In this document: positions 1 to 12,500 of the stretch, one piece after another
Position numbering within the stretch: the stretch's first letter is position 1
How the letters are laid out: each line of letters opens with the position of its first letter
Source: Callorhinchus milii
Lineage: Eukaryota
Direction: 5' to 3'
Assembly: GCF_018977255.1 (NCBI RefSeq)
Contig: NW_024704742.1
Span: 24,988,001-25,052,000 of the forward strand
DNA: 64,000 nt
The notes under the pieces: model-generated
The model's database searches: none
What the model was told of the DNA's origin: nothing
Seen by the model: only the letters and a program-made list of their open reading frames with translations
Program-made: the position numbers and the translations under genes

Positions 1-221
1 ATCAGGTGGTGGTTTACATTTATATGAGCTCTGGCTCTTTAATATCCTGTCTGATGAATGCACCATTAAACGGGCTACTGTGTGTGCAAACGCAGGAGCC
101 AATGGCTTGGCAAAGGGAAGGGAAGAAAATCCAAGAGAAAAGTGGAGAGAGAATACGCATCGGAGTGAAACAGATTGTCGTCAGTTTCTTCGTGTCTTTC
201 CCCTCCTGAAAAGGTTGATTC

Positions 222-311
222 ACGCTGTCCTATAGTACAGCGCCTTGGGACGTCCTCCCGACGTGAAAGGCGCTCTATAAATGGAATCTTGTTGTTGTTG
301 TTGTTGTTGTT
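222..311 (+). mobile_element. L2-type LINE extreme 3' end with (TTG)n tail
   Basis: Matches the 3' ends of the longer copies at 39608-40320 and 31960-32418. Confidence 0.8.
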
Positions 312-1435
312 CACTGGGGAGCCAGTCACCTCCAGAACCATTCCGCATATTTCAGCATTGGCAGGCGGCATTGGCAAAGCAGTTTGACATTGGGAGAATT
401 ACAATCGAGTCTATTTCTGGCCTCGCCCAATGGAACTATCAATTACTTTTAACATCTCTGTGTTTTTCCATCAGTCTTTTTTGCTGGACTTTTTTTTGGG
501 TGGCGGGGGGTGGTGAATTAACAGTTTTATTTTAACAGTTGGTGGCGATTGCTTATTCTGGGAAAGGGGTTGTAGAAGTTAATGAATACCACAGCATGGG
601 GGAGATTAATTAAATTACGCAGTTGAAGATAAAGTTGATGACTATGTATAGCTTTACTGATGTTAATTCACCTCTTTCACAGCGAGGCTCAGTATTGACT
701 GCAAGCCAGTTTCTCCCACTATGTCATTAGCATCCAAATCTCTTATAAAAGCAATCGTTAAAAGGATATTGGTGCTATCGAATGTCAATTGCAATTTGTA
801 ACAAAAGTGTTCATTTTTAAAATCAGGTATACAACGTTATCACTCTTTAAACAACAGTTTAATCTGTGTTATAGATTGCAACCAATTGGTAACAAGAGGT
901 GCCAACCAAACTAGAATCATTAGGCACTGATATCATCCAATAGCTATCATTTTAAACAGAATTAACTTGTTCCTAATGTTCTTCGTTGATTATATTTCAC
1001 TGAGAATTTTCCAAATGTTATTCCAAATTATTTTTCTTAACAATTTTCACGTATTTTACACAAGTTTGTCAACCAACGTGATTTGCCAACCTTTAAATAG
1101 TTAAAAGGATATTGATGCATTAAATAACAATTGCAATTGGTAACAAAATCAAAAGACAAAAAAAATTATTTGGTCACTCAATCCACGACTGTTTGTGGGA
1201 CACTGTTGTACGCAATTGGCTGCTGCATTTCTCCCACAAAATATACAGTCAATTCAATTTACAGTATATTCTATGAAGGGCTTTGAGATGTCTCAAAGAT
1301 GTGATAAGGCACAATATCAAATGCAAGGATTATTATTGTTATTTAAATAGGGCTTTATGATTCACGCAACAATTGACCTGCGACAAGGTGGTAGGACAGG
1401 CAATGCTTATTTCCTCTTCCATATTCACATTGTTG

Positions 1436-2790
1436 CTTCTCAGCTTTGCTCCTTCCTCTTCCGCCACTCCCTTCTGGAACCCCTTCAATCGGGCTTCAGT
1501 GCCTCCCACAGTACAGAAACTGCCCTGGTCAAAGGGACAAATTACATTCTGTCCATCTGTGACCAGGGCTCCCTCTGCCTCCTTGTCCTCCTTGATCTCT
1601 CTGCTGCTTTCGACACCGTTGACCACTCTATCCTCATCCACTGTCTCTCCTCTCACCTCAACCTCTACGGCTCTGTCCTTGATTAGTGCAGATCGTACCT
1701 CTCACGCAACCTGCACTTCATCTCCTCAAACGGTGCGTCTTGTGAGGCGTTCCTCAGAGCTCTGTCCTTGATCCACTCCTCTTCAATATCTATATGCTCC
1801 CTCTCGGTGACATCATCCGCAGACATGGGGTCAACTTCCACATGTATGCGGATGACACCCAACTCTACCTCTCTGCCTCCACCCTTCACTGCAGTACCAC
1901 TGCTGTCCTGACAGAATGTCTGTCAGACATCAAGTGTGGATGAAAGCTAACTTTCTTCAGTTGAACGTCAACAAGCCTGAGGCTCTCCTGATTGACTCCC
2001 GTCAGCACCTCCACTGACAACATCACCATCCATCCATGGTTTCACACTCCATCTTGCCAGTCTGGAACCTTGGGGTCTTGTTTGATCCTCAACTATCTTT
2101 TCCACCCCGCATCTGCGCCATGACCCACTCTGTCTTTCCCCACCTCCGCAATGTGGCCTGGCTTCGACACTGTCTTACACCGCAGGCCGCCGAAACCCTC
2201 AAACAAACCTTCATTACATTGAGTCTCGACTATGCAAACTCACTGCTTGTCGGCCTCCCAACTCCTCCCTCCACAGACTGCAGATCATCCAGATTTCTGC
2301 AGCCCGCGCCCTCTCCCGCACTAGGCTCCACAACCCTATTACCCCCATCCTTGCCCAACTCCACTGGCTTCCCATCACACAGAGGATCCAGTTCAAGATC
2401 CTGGTCCTCACCTTCAAAGCCCTCCATGGTCTTGCTCCCCCCCTACCTCTCCGACCACCTAACCTCCTACCACCCTGTTCGCTCCCTCCGCTCGGTGGGC
2501 TCCAGCTTGCTGCATGTCCCCTGCCTTGCTTGCCCCACTATCGGGAGGTGGGCCATCCGCCCTCTGGATCTCCATCCCGCAGTCCCTCTGTCTCCACCCC
2601 TCCCTCGCCACCTTCAAGACACACCTCAAGTCCTTCCTCTTTGACCGTGCTTTCAATTTCCCTGCTCCCCCTGCCCTCCATCTTCTCCCAACCCGACCCC
2701 CAGCTCGGGTCCGTAACGCTGTCTGTCCAGCACCTTGGGACATCCTCACGACAAGAAAGGTGCTATACAAATGTAATTTTGTTGTTGTTA
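1436..2790 (+). mobile_element. 5'-truncated, degenerate L2-clade LINE (RT C-terminal part, 3' UTR, TTG tail)
   Basis: Frameshifted RT motifs [43 protein letters not shown]. Confidence 0.92.
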
Positions 2791-4320
2791 AAAATATATA
2801 TGAACTGAATGGCATATTATTATTTTTCAAACGTACTACTCCGGCAGTGTAACCAGTAAAACAGGTATTGAAGGCACGATTTTGGCACATTGAATTCCGA
2901 CTTCCCATTTTCCACCCAGAAAATGTAAAATTCGAGTTTCGTTTTAAATAAAATCAAGACCTAATATTTTTGAGAATTTATTTTGAAGATTAAAACGCAA
3001 AACGTGTGCGCTGACCAAGTATTCTGGAATTAGTGCTTTCTCACAGCTCTGGGAACAGTTGACACATCCAACCTCAACTCAGGACATCGCCTCTACTGCA
3101 CAGTGAGATTTATGCTGACATTGAAGCTTGTGGATTGCAACAAGTGTTTTCTTTTTAATTGAGATTCGCAAGTAGCTCAGTGAAAGGAAGGCACTGAGCA
3201 GCAACGTCAACCAACAGGGAAATACAGTACAAAACAAACAATGCGCAAAAAGGCATTGTTTTCAGGGTAAATCTGGTCGGAAAGAAACCCTGAACCATAG
3301 CAATTGGCAAAAACACACTTGTAGTTTCAGACTCGTTCCACGTTCCACTTGGGCCGGGAAGAAAGTTTATAAAGTATCATACGATGGCTAGCCGACGACT
3401 GTGCATTTTATCCAAATAACACTTGGATAGATAACCTGTTAAAATGTCCCCAAAGCCATCGATGGGGCAAAGAGCAGGTAGCTGGACTAAGTCCCTCACA
3501 ATGAGTCTGGATCGTAAATTCAAATCCAATATATATATATAAAAAGAAGTGTCGACTTGTTAAGGTGTCCCGAACTTTAATAAACTGACTGCCCTAAAAC
3601 CTAAAACCTTCCCCCCAAAAGCAGGCACCTTGGTGAGGTTAACATCAGCATTCCCACATGCACACACCGAGAGGAAGGCGGTGGGAACGAACCGCTTGAA
3701 CGAAAGCAAATGAGCAGAGAGGACAATGGTACAATAGTGCACAATCTTGGCAGCGCGGATTATTCCGCAAAGCTCCAGCAAACGCTGGAAGACATGAGAA
3801 AAGAGCGGGGCTATCATTTTTTTTGGGGTGGTGGGGTGGGTGGGTGGGGTGGTTAAGATGAATGTGTTACCATCCATCATTACACTAAGCAGTAGAAATG
3901 CGCAGACCTCCAGGGCCCTGGAGGGTCACAAGTCAATTAGCCACGTTTACTGAGAGATGGCTAGTGACACACTGCGAGTCGTTGTTGAATTAATCGCAGT
4001 CTTTCTCTTTGTGAACGTTGTTTAAAGCCTTTCTTTCTGCATTTGCATGATGGATGGCCACAGGACACAACGGGGGAAGAAGCGGGTGGAGGATGGGTGG
4101 AGGATGGGGGGAGAAGTAAAAGTAAAAGCCCTGCAGTCCTGCATCTTCTTGCAGCTGTCAGATCTACTGGTTTGGTTTCCATCGTTCGGATCGGGATCCC
4201 TTTTGGTAGTACATTCAGAAAGAGATCTGCAGAATAATTCCAATGTCTACATGATGTGGGGAATGATTTCTACGCGTCCTTGGCTCAAACGCCATAATTT
4301 CGTTTGGAGTACATTTGGTG

Positions 4321-4355
<35 letters not shown>

Positions 4356-4663
4356 CCTTGCATTTGATATAGCGCTTTTCACGTCGGGAGGACATCCCAA
4401 AGCGCTTCGCAGAACACACTGTAAAGTGAATTGACTGTATATTTCTGGGCGAACGCGGCAGCCAATTGCGCACAGCAATGTCCCACAAACAGCCGTGGAT
4501 TGAAAATGACCACTTTATTATTGTTTTGGGTTTTTTTGGAGGGATTATTATTAGGCTCTGTGTGGAGTAAGGAAACTTGCCTGAGGTTTCGCCCTCTGCC
4601 TGGAATTGAACTCAAGGTCTCTCACTTGCAAAGGGAGTGCTCTCACCACTGAGCTACAGGGTC
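4321..4663 (-). mobile_element. tRNA-derived SINE, short subfamily
   Basis: Pol III box A/B head, shared body, L2-like stem-loop and (TTA)n tail; many copies in the window. Confidence 0.9.
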
Positions 4664-5334
4664 TGATCACTGGCGTCTGAGTGTGTGTTCAACAGGACCA
4701 CAGCATTTCCACAGCACAACCACCCCCATCGCAGCCCTGACGGATGAAGTCTGTTCCAACTGGATGTCGGTGACCAGACGCGCACTGTATCGGATAAACG
4801 TCGCAACAAACCAATTCAATTGTGTGTGCGATAAACCGCACGCGTTTATTTTGTACCTTTCCAAGAACAGTGCCCCACATCCTGTCCCTGTTATGCTTAT
4901 GGAGAGAAAAAAACATACGTGCGCTCACCCTCGTGCAACAATATTCTGGAGCATTCCCCACCAACGCAGTGGCCTCTGGTTTTTATTGCTGCATTTCTTG
5001 TTCATCGGCGTTATTGCTAATGCGCCGCTAATGCGTTCGCCCGCAAAACGCAGTCACTTCACCGCAGACGTCCTCCTGAATGCAACGATCGTTATTGTTA
5101 CTTTGCGGGTAACGAAGTTCAGGAAGGGTTCCTTGGGGGGGTGGGGGGGGGGGGTGGGGGTGGTGGGTGGTGGTGGGGCATGCGGGGGTAACGAACACCG
5201 TCCACGCGAGTGCGTGAAGTGTGAAACGCAGTCCGAGTGCAAAACAAAACGACGAACAACGACCGACTTCAATCCGTTTTGCGAGACGACTTGAACCGGT
5301 TTTCGGGGCACAGTTTTCCGACGGAGTCGAGTTG

Positions 5335-5693
5335 CACCACCACCACCACCACCATCACCGCCACCACCACCACCATCACCACCGCCACCACCACCACCAC
5401 CACCACCATCACCACCACCACCACCATCACCCACCCCACCACCACCACCACCACCACCACCACCATCACCACCACCGCCACCGCCACCACCACCACCACC
5501 ACCCACCACCACCGCCACCACCACCACCACCACCACCACCACCACCACCCACCACCACCACCACCACCACCCACCACCACCACCACCACCACCACCACTC
5601 CACCACCACCACCATCACCCCACCACCACCACCATCACCACCACCGCCACCACCACCATCACCACCACCACCACCACCACCATCACCACCACC
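5335..5693. repeat. (CAC)n trinucleotide microsatellite
   Basis: Direct reading; explains the poly-His/Thr/Pro/Gly/Val ORFs. Confidence 0.98.
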
Positions 5694-6972
5694 AGCCAAG
5701 AAAAAAAAACAGCCGCAAATAATGCGAAAGATGCAATAATAATTCCGACGCATTTGGAGCAACACAACACAACACAGTGATTCCCATTGATGCGCAAAAT
5801 AAGGGGTTTCTTTTTTTTTTGTTGTTGCTTTTTTTTTGGGTTGGGGATCTTTCTATATTCTCGCCTTGAGGGGAGATGCTGGGACCCCGGACCTGCCACA
5901 GGACAGCAACAGCTTCACACACAACGCCGACCGAATGACAAGTCTTAAGTGAGGAAGATGCCGCAAGCGAGTTGACAAAGTATTTTGTTTTATTTTATTT
6001 AAATTTTATTTTATTTTATTTTATTTGATTTGATTTTATTTGACTATCGCCTGCTCCACCCAGACTGCTGACCACCTACCACTCGCTGCTCCTCTTACAA
6101 CGTGGCGAGTGTTCACACAGAGCAATGCTTCGATTTAGAGGACAGAGACAGAGAGGGGTTGGTGGGGGTGATGGGTGGGAGGGGGGGTGGGGGTGGGGGG
6201 GGGGGTGTTGGGGTAGTAAATGGGGGTGGGGGGGGGGGGGGGAGGGTGTGTGTGTGGGGGAAAGGGTATCTTTGTAACTGGAGTAAATCACTTCAATTTA
6301 ATTCGTAATGCCCCAGGATTTTGTTTTATTCTGTAACATTCCTTCACGTCTTGTGCTTTACTGCACTGGAATGAATCAATCTCCACCGATGTGAGTCACA
6401 CAGCGCAGTAACACACACTCAGTTACAGGAAGCCCGGGTTGATGTGAGAGCTCCAGGCATCTCTGACACAGTCAGAGACACACCAGCAAACACCCCCCCC
6501 CACCCCACACACCCCCCACACACACCCCCACCCCCCCCCCCCCCCACACACACACCCCACCCCCTCCCCCACACACACACACCCCCACCCCTCCCCCCTC
6601 CCCATCACCTGGAACATCACATCACACACATCACACACACACACACGTTATTGCATTGAAATATATCCATCTCCTCCAACTTGTTGTCCTCCAGCCCTGG
6701 GCTGGGCTGGTGGTGTAGGTCCTATTACCCCCCCACACCCCCCCCCCCCCCCACCACCCCCACCCCCCCGACCACCCCCCACCCCAACGATAGTCTGGAG
6801 ACCTCTCACCCCCTCGCATCAGTCTTCTTCCTCTTGCATCTCCTCCATCAATCACTGGCTTTGCTGGGGGACGAGCTGAGACCCCAGAGCACTCCAGCCC
6901 CCCCTCTCCCCCTGTCCCCCCCCCCCCCCCCCCAGCAGGGCGCCGGCTCAGTGTAACCCGCTCTCTCTGTGC

Positions 6973-7143
6973 CCAATAGTTGCTGTTGGGAGCCCCCCCC
7001 CCCCCCCCCCCACTCCGCCTGGAGAGCCAATGAGCCTCAGTGTCGGAGTGAGTGCGGCTCAGTCCTGGTCGGCTCCGACTTATAAATGAGGCGACGACTC
7101 ATGTCCTCTCAGTATGTGAGGCGAACAGACACCGACCAGACAA
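6973..7143 (+). promoter_or_regulatory. Probable LRAT core promoter and short non-coding first exon
   Basis: CCAAT at 6973 and 7027, GC-box-like CTCCGCC 7013-7019, TATAAA 7081-7086, Inr-like TCAGT with A at 7111 (30 nt after the TATA start), donor CAA|GTGAGG at 7144. Confidence 0.6.
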
Positions 7144-7157
7144 GTGAGGTGTCCCCA

Positions 7158-7164
7158 GACATAT

Positions 7165-7195
<31 letters not shown>

Positions 7196-8302
7196 TATAC
7201 ACACAAATACACAGAGAAAGGGGGTCCCAGACATAGACACACACACACATATACACACACACATATACACAGAGAAAGGGGATCCCAGACATATATATAT
7301 ATATACACACACACATACGGACACTATATACCCAAATACACAAACACACACACACACACACAAAAGCAAAAGGAGTCCACACACACACACACACACACGC
7401 GCAAACAGAGAAAAGATCCCATACACACATACACACATAGAAAGAAGATTTCATATATACACACAGACACATACACACAGAGCAAGTGAATCACACACAC
7501 ACACACACACACACACAGAGCAAGTGAATCACACACACACACACACACACACAGAGCAAGTGAATCACACACACACACACACACACACACAGAGCAAGTG
7601 AATCACACACACACAGAGCAAGAGGATCATACAGACACACACGCAGAGCAAGGGGATCACACACACACACACAGACACACACACACACACACAGAGCAAG
7701 GGGATCACACACACACAGACACACACACACACACACACACACACAGAGCAAGGGGATCACACACACACACAGACACAGAGAGAGAGGATCACACACACAC
7801 ACAGACACAGAGAGAGAAGATCACACACACACACACAGTGTAAAAGGATCACACACACACACACATAGGGTCACACACACACACAGAGGATCACACACAC
7901 ACACACAGAGGATCACACACACACACAGAGGATCACACACACACAGACACACAGTGCAAAAGGATCACACACACACACACAGAGGGTCACACACACACAC
8001 ACACAGAGGATCACACACACACACCGAGAGGATCACACACACACACAGAGGATCACACACACACACAGAGGATCACACACACACAGAGAGGGTCACACAC
8101 ACACACACAGAGGATCACACACACACACACAGAGGATCACACACACACACACACAGAGGATCACACACACACACACACACACACAGAGGATCACACACAC
8201 ACAGAGAGGGTCACACACACACACACAGAGGGTCACACACACACACACAGAGGATCACACACACACACACACACACAGGGGATCACACACACACACACAC
8301 AG
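7158..8302. repeat. CA-rich compound minisatellite, unit roughly GAGGAT(CA)n
   Basis: Direct reading; fills the putative LRAT intron 1. Confidence 0.97.
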
Positions 8303-8313
8303 ACAACAAGAGG

Positions 8314-8769
8314 ATGACTACAGAGTCGGACAAGAACGCGAACTACTGCGACGTGTCCTCGCTGAAGAGGGGGGATCTGCTGGAGGTGTCGCGGACGCTG
8401 TTCACCCACTTCGGCATCTACCTGGGGGGGGACATCGTGGCGCACCTGATGCCCGACATCCTGCCCGTGTTCACGGACGACGAGAAGGCGGTGCGCCAGG
8501 TGGTCACCAACCAGCGGCTGGTGCTGGGCGTCATCTGCAGGAGCGCCAGCATCAGGGTGGACTCTGTGGAGGACTTCGCCTACGGCGCCGGCATCGCTGT
8601 CAACCACATGGACACCCGCTGCAAGAGCCCGGCGCTGCCCAGCGAGGAGGTGGCCGCCAGGGCTGAGACCCTGGTGGGCAGCACCGACTACAGCCTCCTG
8701 TGGAACAACTGCGAGCACTTCGTGACCCACTGCAGATACGGCACCCCCGTCAGCATCCAGACCGACCAG
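8314..8769 (+). CDS. LRAT: Lecithin retinol acyltransferase (LRAT family), main coding exon; start codon tentative
   Basis: Translation [31 protein letters not shown]...[11 protein letters not shown]...[18 protein letters not shown] contains the LRAT/NlpC-P60 His, His and NCEHF Cys motifs. Phase-0 donor CAG|GT at 8770. Confidence 0.95.
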
Positions 8770-8772
8770 GTG

Positions 8773-8800
8773 GATTATTATTATTATGATTATTATTATG

Positions 8801-8838
<38 letters not shown>

Positions 8839-8920
8839 GATTATTATTATTATGATTATTATTATTATTATTATGATTATTATTATTATGATTATGATTA
8901 TGATTATGATTATGATTATG

Positions 8921-8955
<35 letters not shown>

Positions 8956-9290
8956 GATTGTTGCTATTATTGCCATTATTGGTATTCCTATTATTGCTAT
9001 TATTGCTAGTATTGCTATTATTATTATTATTGCTATTATTAGTAGTATTGCTATTATTATTATTGCTATTATTAGTAGTATTGCTATTATTATTATTGCT
9101 ATTATTATTGTTGTTATTGCTATGATTATTGTTATTCTTGCTATTATTATTGCTGTTATTATTGTTATTATTGCTGTTATTATTGCTATTATTGCTATTC
9201 TTATTATTGCTATTATTATCATTGTTGTGATTGCTATTATTCTTATTGCTATTATTATTCTTATTGTTATTATTGCTGTTGTTGTTATTA
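8773..9290. repeat. (TAT)n microsatellite with GAT/GCT/GTT variants
   Basis: Direct reading; begins immediately after the LRAT donor. Confidence 0.98.
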
Positions 9291-9308
9291 TATCAATGCA
9301 AGCATGTA

Positions 9309-9576
9309 ATAATAATAATAATAATAATCCTTGCATTTGATATAGCGCTTTTCACGTCGGGAGGACGTCCCAAAGCGCTTCACAGAACACACTGTAAAGT
9401 GAATTGACTGTATATTTGTGGGCGAACGCGGCAGCCAATTGCGCACAGCAATGTCCCACAAACAGTCGTAGATTGAAAATGACCAATTTATTATTGTTTT
9501 TGGTTTTGGAGGGATTATTATTAGGCTCTGTGTGGAGTAAGGAAACTTGCCCGAGGTTTCACCCTCTGCCTGGAAT
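9309..9576 (-). mobile_element. tRNA-derived SINE, head truncated
   Basis: Near-identical to the bodies of 4321-4663 and 55034-55360. Confidence 0.9.
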
Positions 9577-12500
9577 ATATCATTCTATTTCATCCAATTG
9601 ACCCAACCATTGTCAGCGTATTGATATTATAATAATAACGCAGTAATTAATAGTACGATTGTCATCTGAGAAGTCTAATTATTGTTGTACTATTAATACA
9701 ATTATATAATAATTCTTTAATAATGCATCATTCTGTTAAGTCCAATGATATAAATAATGATCACTGTATTAATATGATAATTTGTGTAATGATTAATAGG
9801 ATAATAACATAGTTAGAATTGAATTGCCGTCTGACAAATCGTCCCTTTTTTTTTACGTTTACGTTTTCGTTGTTGAACAAAAGTGAAGGCTTGACCATGT
9901 TCCTGCAGCTCCAGTTTCTGAGCTTTCCTAGTGGACGTAGTGGGATTGGCAGAGGGATTGAGGGAGAGAGTTCCAGAGTTTCGGGACGTAGTGGCAGAAG
10001 GCACAGCCACCGATGGTGGAACCAAGGGCACGAGGGACAAATAGGAGGTTGGAGCCTTGGGGTACCCGCAGGTGACTGGGGGTGGGGGGGGGCGAGAAGG
10101 AAAACCATTTGCGGAAATGTAGTACTGGCGGTTTGTAAGGTTGGACTCAAACCAAGCGAGTGCAGTACCACTGAGGTGGATGATGGAGGAGAGTCGGTGG
10201 AGGACGATGGAGGGAGTAGGAAGTGGAGAGAGAAGTGTGCGTGAAGTAGGTTGACAACAACGCTTTCCAAAGCTTTGGCCAGGAAGGGCAGGTTTGAGAT
10301 AGGACAGTAGTGCCCGAGGTTGGAGGCAGTAAAGTGGCTAATCTCAGGTAGTAGGAACTCCATTCTAGGGAGGCGGGCTAACCTGGGAACAAAGTTCTAT
10401 GCAAGCAAATCATTGTAGTGAGTGTAAATATTCTGAATGAGTCTTCATTAATGTTCCCCTCCTCCCCTCCTTTGTGTAAATCTTGACTTTACCATCGCTG
10501 TCTGTCACACAGTTAAAGTGATCTGGCATGGAACAGATCATTTGATCCAACCAGTCCCTGCTGGTGTTTACACTCCACACAAGCCCCTACTTCCATCCTT
10601 CTCCTATCCCCTTCTCCCTGAAGTATGCATCAAGTATTCTCTTCAATACCTTTTTGCTTTAACCAGCATTGAGTTCCTTTGTCCCATCACCCTCTGCATG
10701 GAGAAGTGCCTCTTAAACTCCTATTAGATTGTTGAGATTTCTTCCAAATGTGAAAGGCACTGTATAAATGTATATAATAATCCTTGCATTTGATATAGCG
10801 CCTTATCACATCTTCAAGATGTCTCAAAGCGCTTCACAGGATATACTGTAAAGTGTAGTGATTGTGTTTTTTGTGGGCAAAACGCGGCAGCCAATTACGC
10901 ACAGCAGTGTCCCACAAACAGTCATGGGTTGAGTGACCACATTATTATTATTAATTTATTTTTTATTTACATGAAAACCTATCCCCCAATCGACTAACAA
11001 CTGGGTTCCTACTTACCGCTGGATAAACAGAAGCTTGAGTGTGGAGTAAGGAAACTTGCCTAAGGTTTTGTCCTATTATTAACTATCTTACATTAATGCC
11101 CTCTTGTTTTGAATTTGCCAAATTGTGGAAACAGCTCAGCAATGTCAAAGTGTTCATGGTCACACTGTTCCCTTACATACAGTCCAGAACAGTTTAGAAC
11201 AACAGTGACCGGGAGACATACATGTAAGATAGCCCCAAGGAGAGCGCAAGGAGTAATTTTTTCACACAAAGTTGTTGGTAAGTGGAATGCCCTGCCAGCT
11301 AAGGTGGCAGAGGTTAGGTGTTTTCAAGAGGGAAATGGACAGATATATGATAATTAGGTGATGGGGATAGAACAGAGCATTGGGATTAAAGTATGGCCTT
11401 CTCTGAGAGCTGGTGCAGACTCAATGGGCTGAATGGCCTGCTTCTGCGCTGTAAATTTTATGATTCTCCAATGCCTGTCTTCATACTCACCATGCCCTTC
11501 ACTTCTTCCACATGCATTAGGCAGGAAGTGCCGAGTGGCTATGGAATGTTTTTGGCGGCTAATAAACCAAACAGCTGGGGTGAGTTTGCGAAATGTTTTC
11601 TGGTGGTGGTTAAGTTTAATTTTTTTTCAGTGAGTACATTTGATGTTCACTCTTAAGATTAGAAATGTAAAAGGAAGTTTTCAGAGATGAAATTTGGAGA
11701 AGCCTTTTTCATGCTGATTAAGGCAATTGTTGTAGGTCCTGGTTTAGAGGCTGAGGGCTTCTCTTTTGTCATTCTGTTGTCTGACACATGCTGCAAACAT
11801 GGTTAAGAGCCTGTGCCATCTATACATGGAGATTCCTGTGCTTGGAATGAAGAACACTCTTTCCTAAAGGGACACATCCTGCTTTCCTAATTCCAGAGAG
11901 AGAGGCATAGATTGGCAGGAACCAAGGCTTGGGTACCCCAGAGTGTGTGCTGGTGTACTGGAGTTTGCAGAGTTAACAGGAGCCGAGTGCTTATTAGTGG
12001 TTAGAGTGGGAATATCAAATGACTGTCATTGGATTGATTGGCCAAAGGATTTTTTATTGACAGGATTCTTTGGGTATTTCTATTGAAATTTGCAGGATTT
12101 ACTTTTTTTTCCAAATGGTCTAAGTCCTTACAAAATAGCATATGCTTGTGTATGTGTTTTGACTCATTTCTTGTTGGTTTGTAAAGTTTGCATTTACCAA
12201 AGTTACATAAAGCAATTAGTTGCAAAGTTAGTTTAGAGGATCTTGGCTTCAAGTGCATTCTTATGCAGCCATCATATTTCCAAAATATGGAATTTGTTTT
12301 TAACTACAAAATTGATGTAGGAGGGAGAAATAAAAGCATTGATGTATCCCAATTAGTGACTATACTTATGCTTTCATTATAATAATGGGTGTATTTGGTA
12401 TACTCCCTTTTGGTGTCAATATCTCAAGATATCTCAGAATTTATTGTAAAGTGTAGTGACTGTATTTGTAGGTTAATGGAGCAGTGAATTTGCCCACAGC

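Noticed and set aside
1357..2852. Active reverse transcriptase gene
   Set aside because: 5'-truncated with multiple frameshifts and stops; a dead L2 copy.
5054..5765. Gly-rich minus-strand ORFs as a possible GAR1, the human neighbour of CFI
   Set aside because: Pure (CAC)n microsatellite; no RGG/FRGG pattern or GAR1 core domain.
7480..8300. CRISPR-like repeat-spacer array
   Set aside because: Spacers are just variable-length CA runs in a eukaryotic intron; no cas genes.
7954..9340. 351-aa and 367-aa long ORFs as full proteins
   Set aside because: Only 8314-8769 is LRAT; the His/Thr, Tyr and Ile runs come from stop-free simple repeats.
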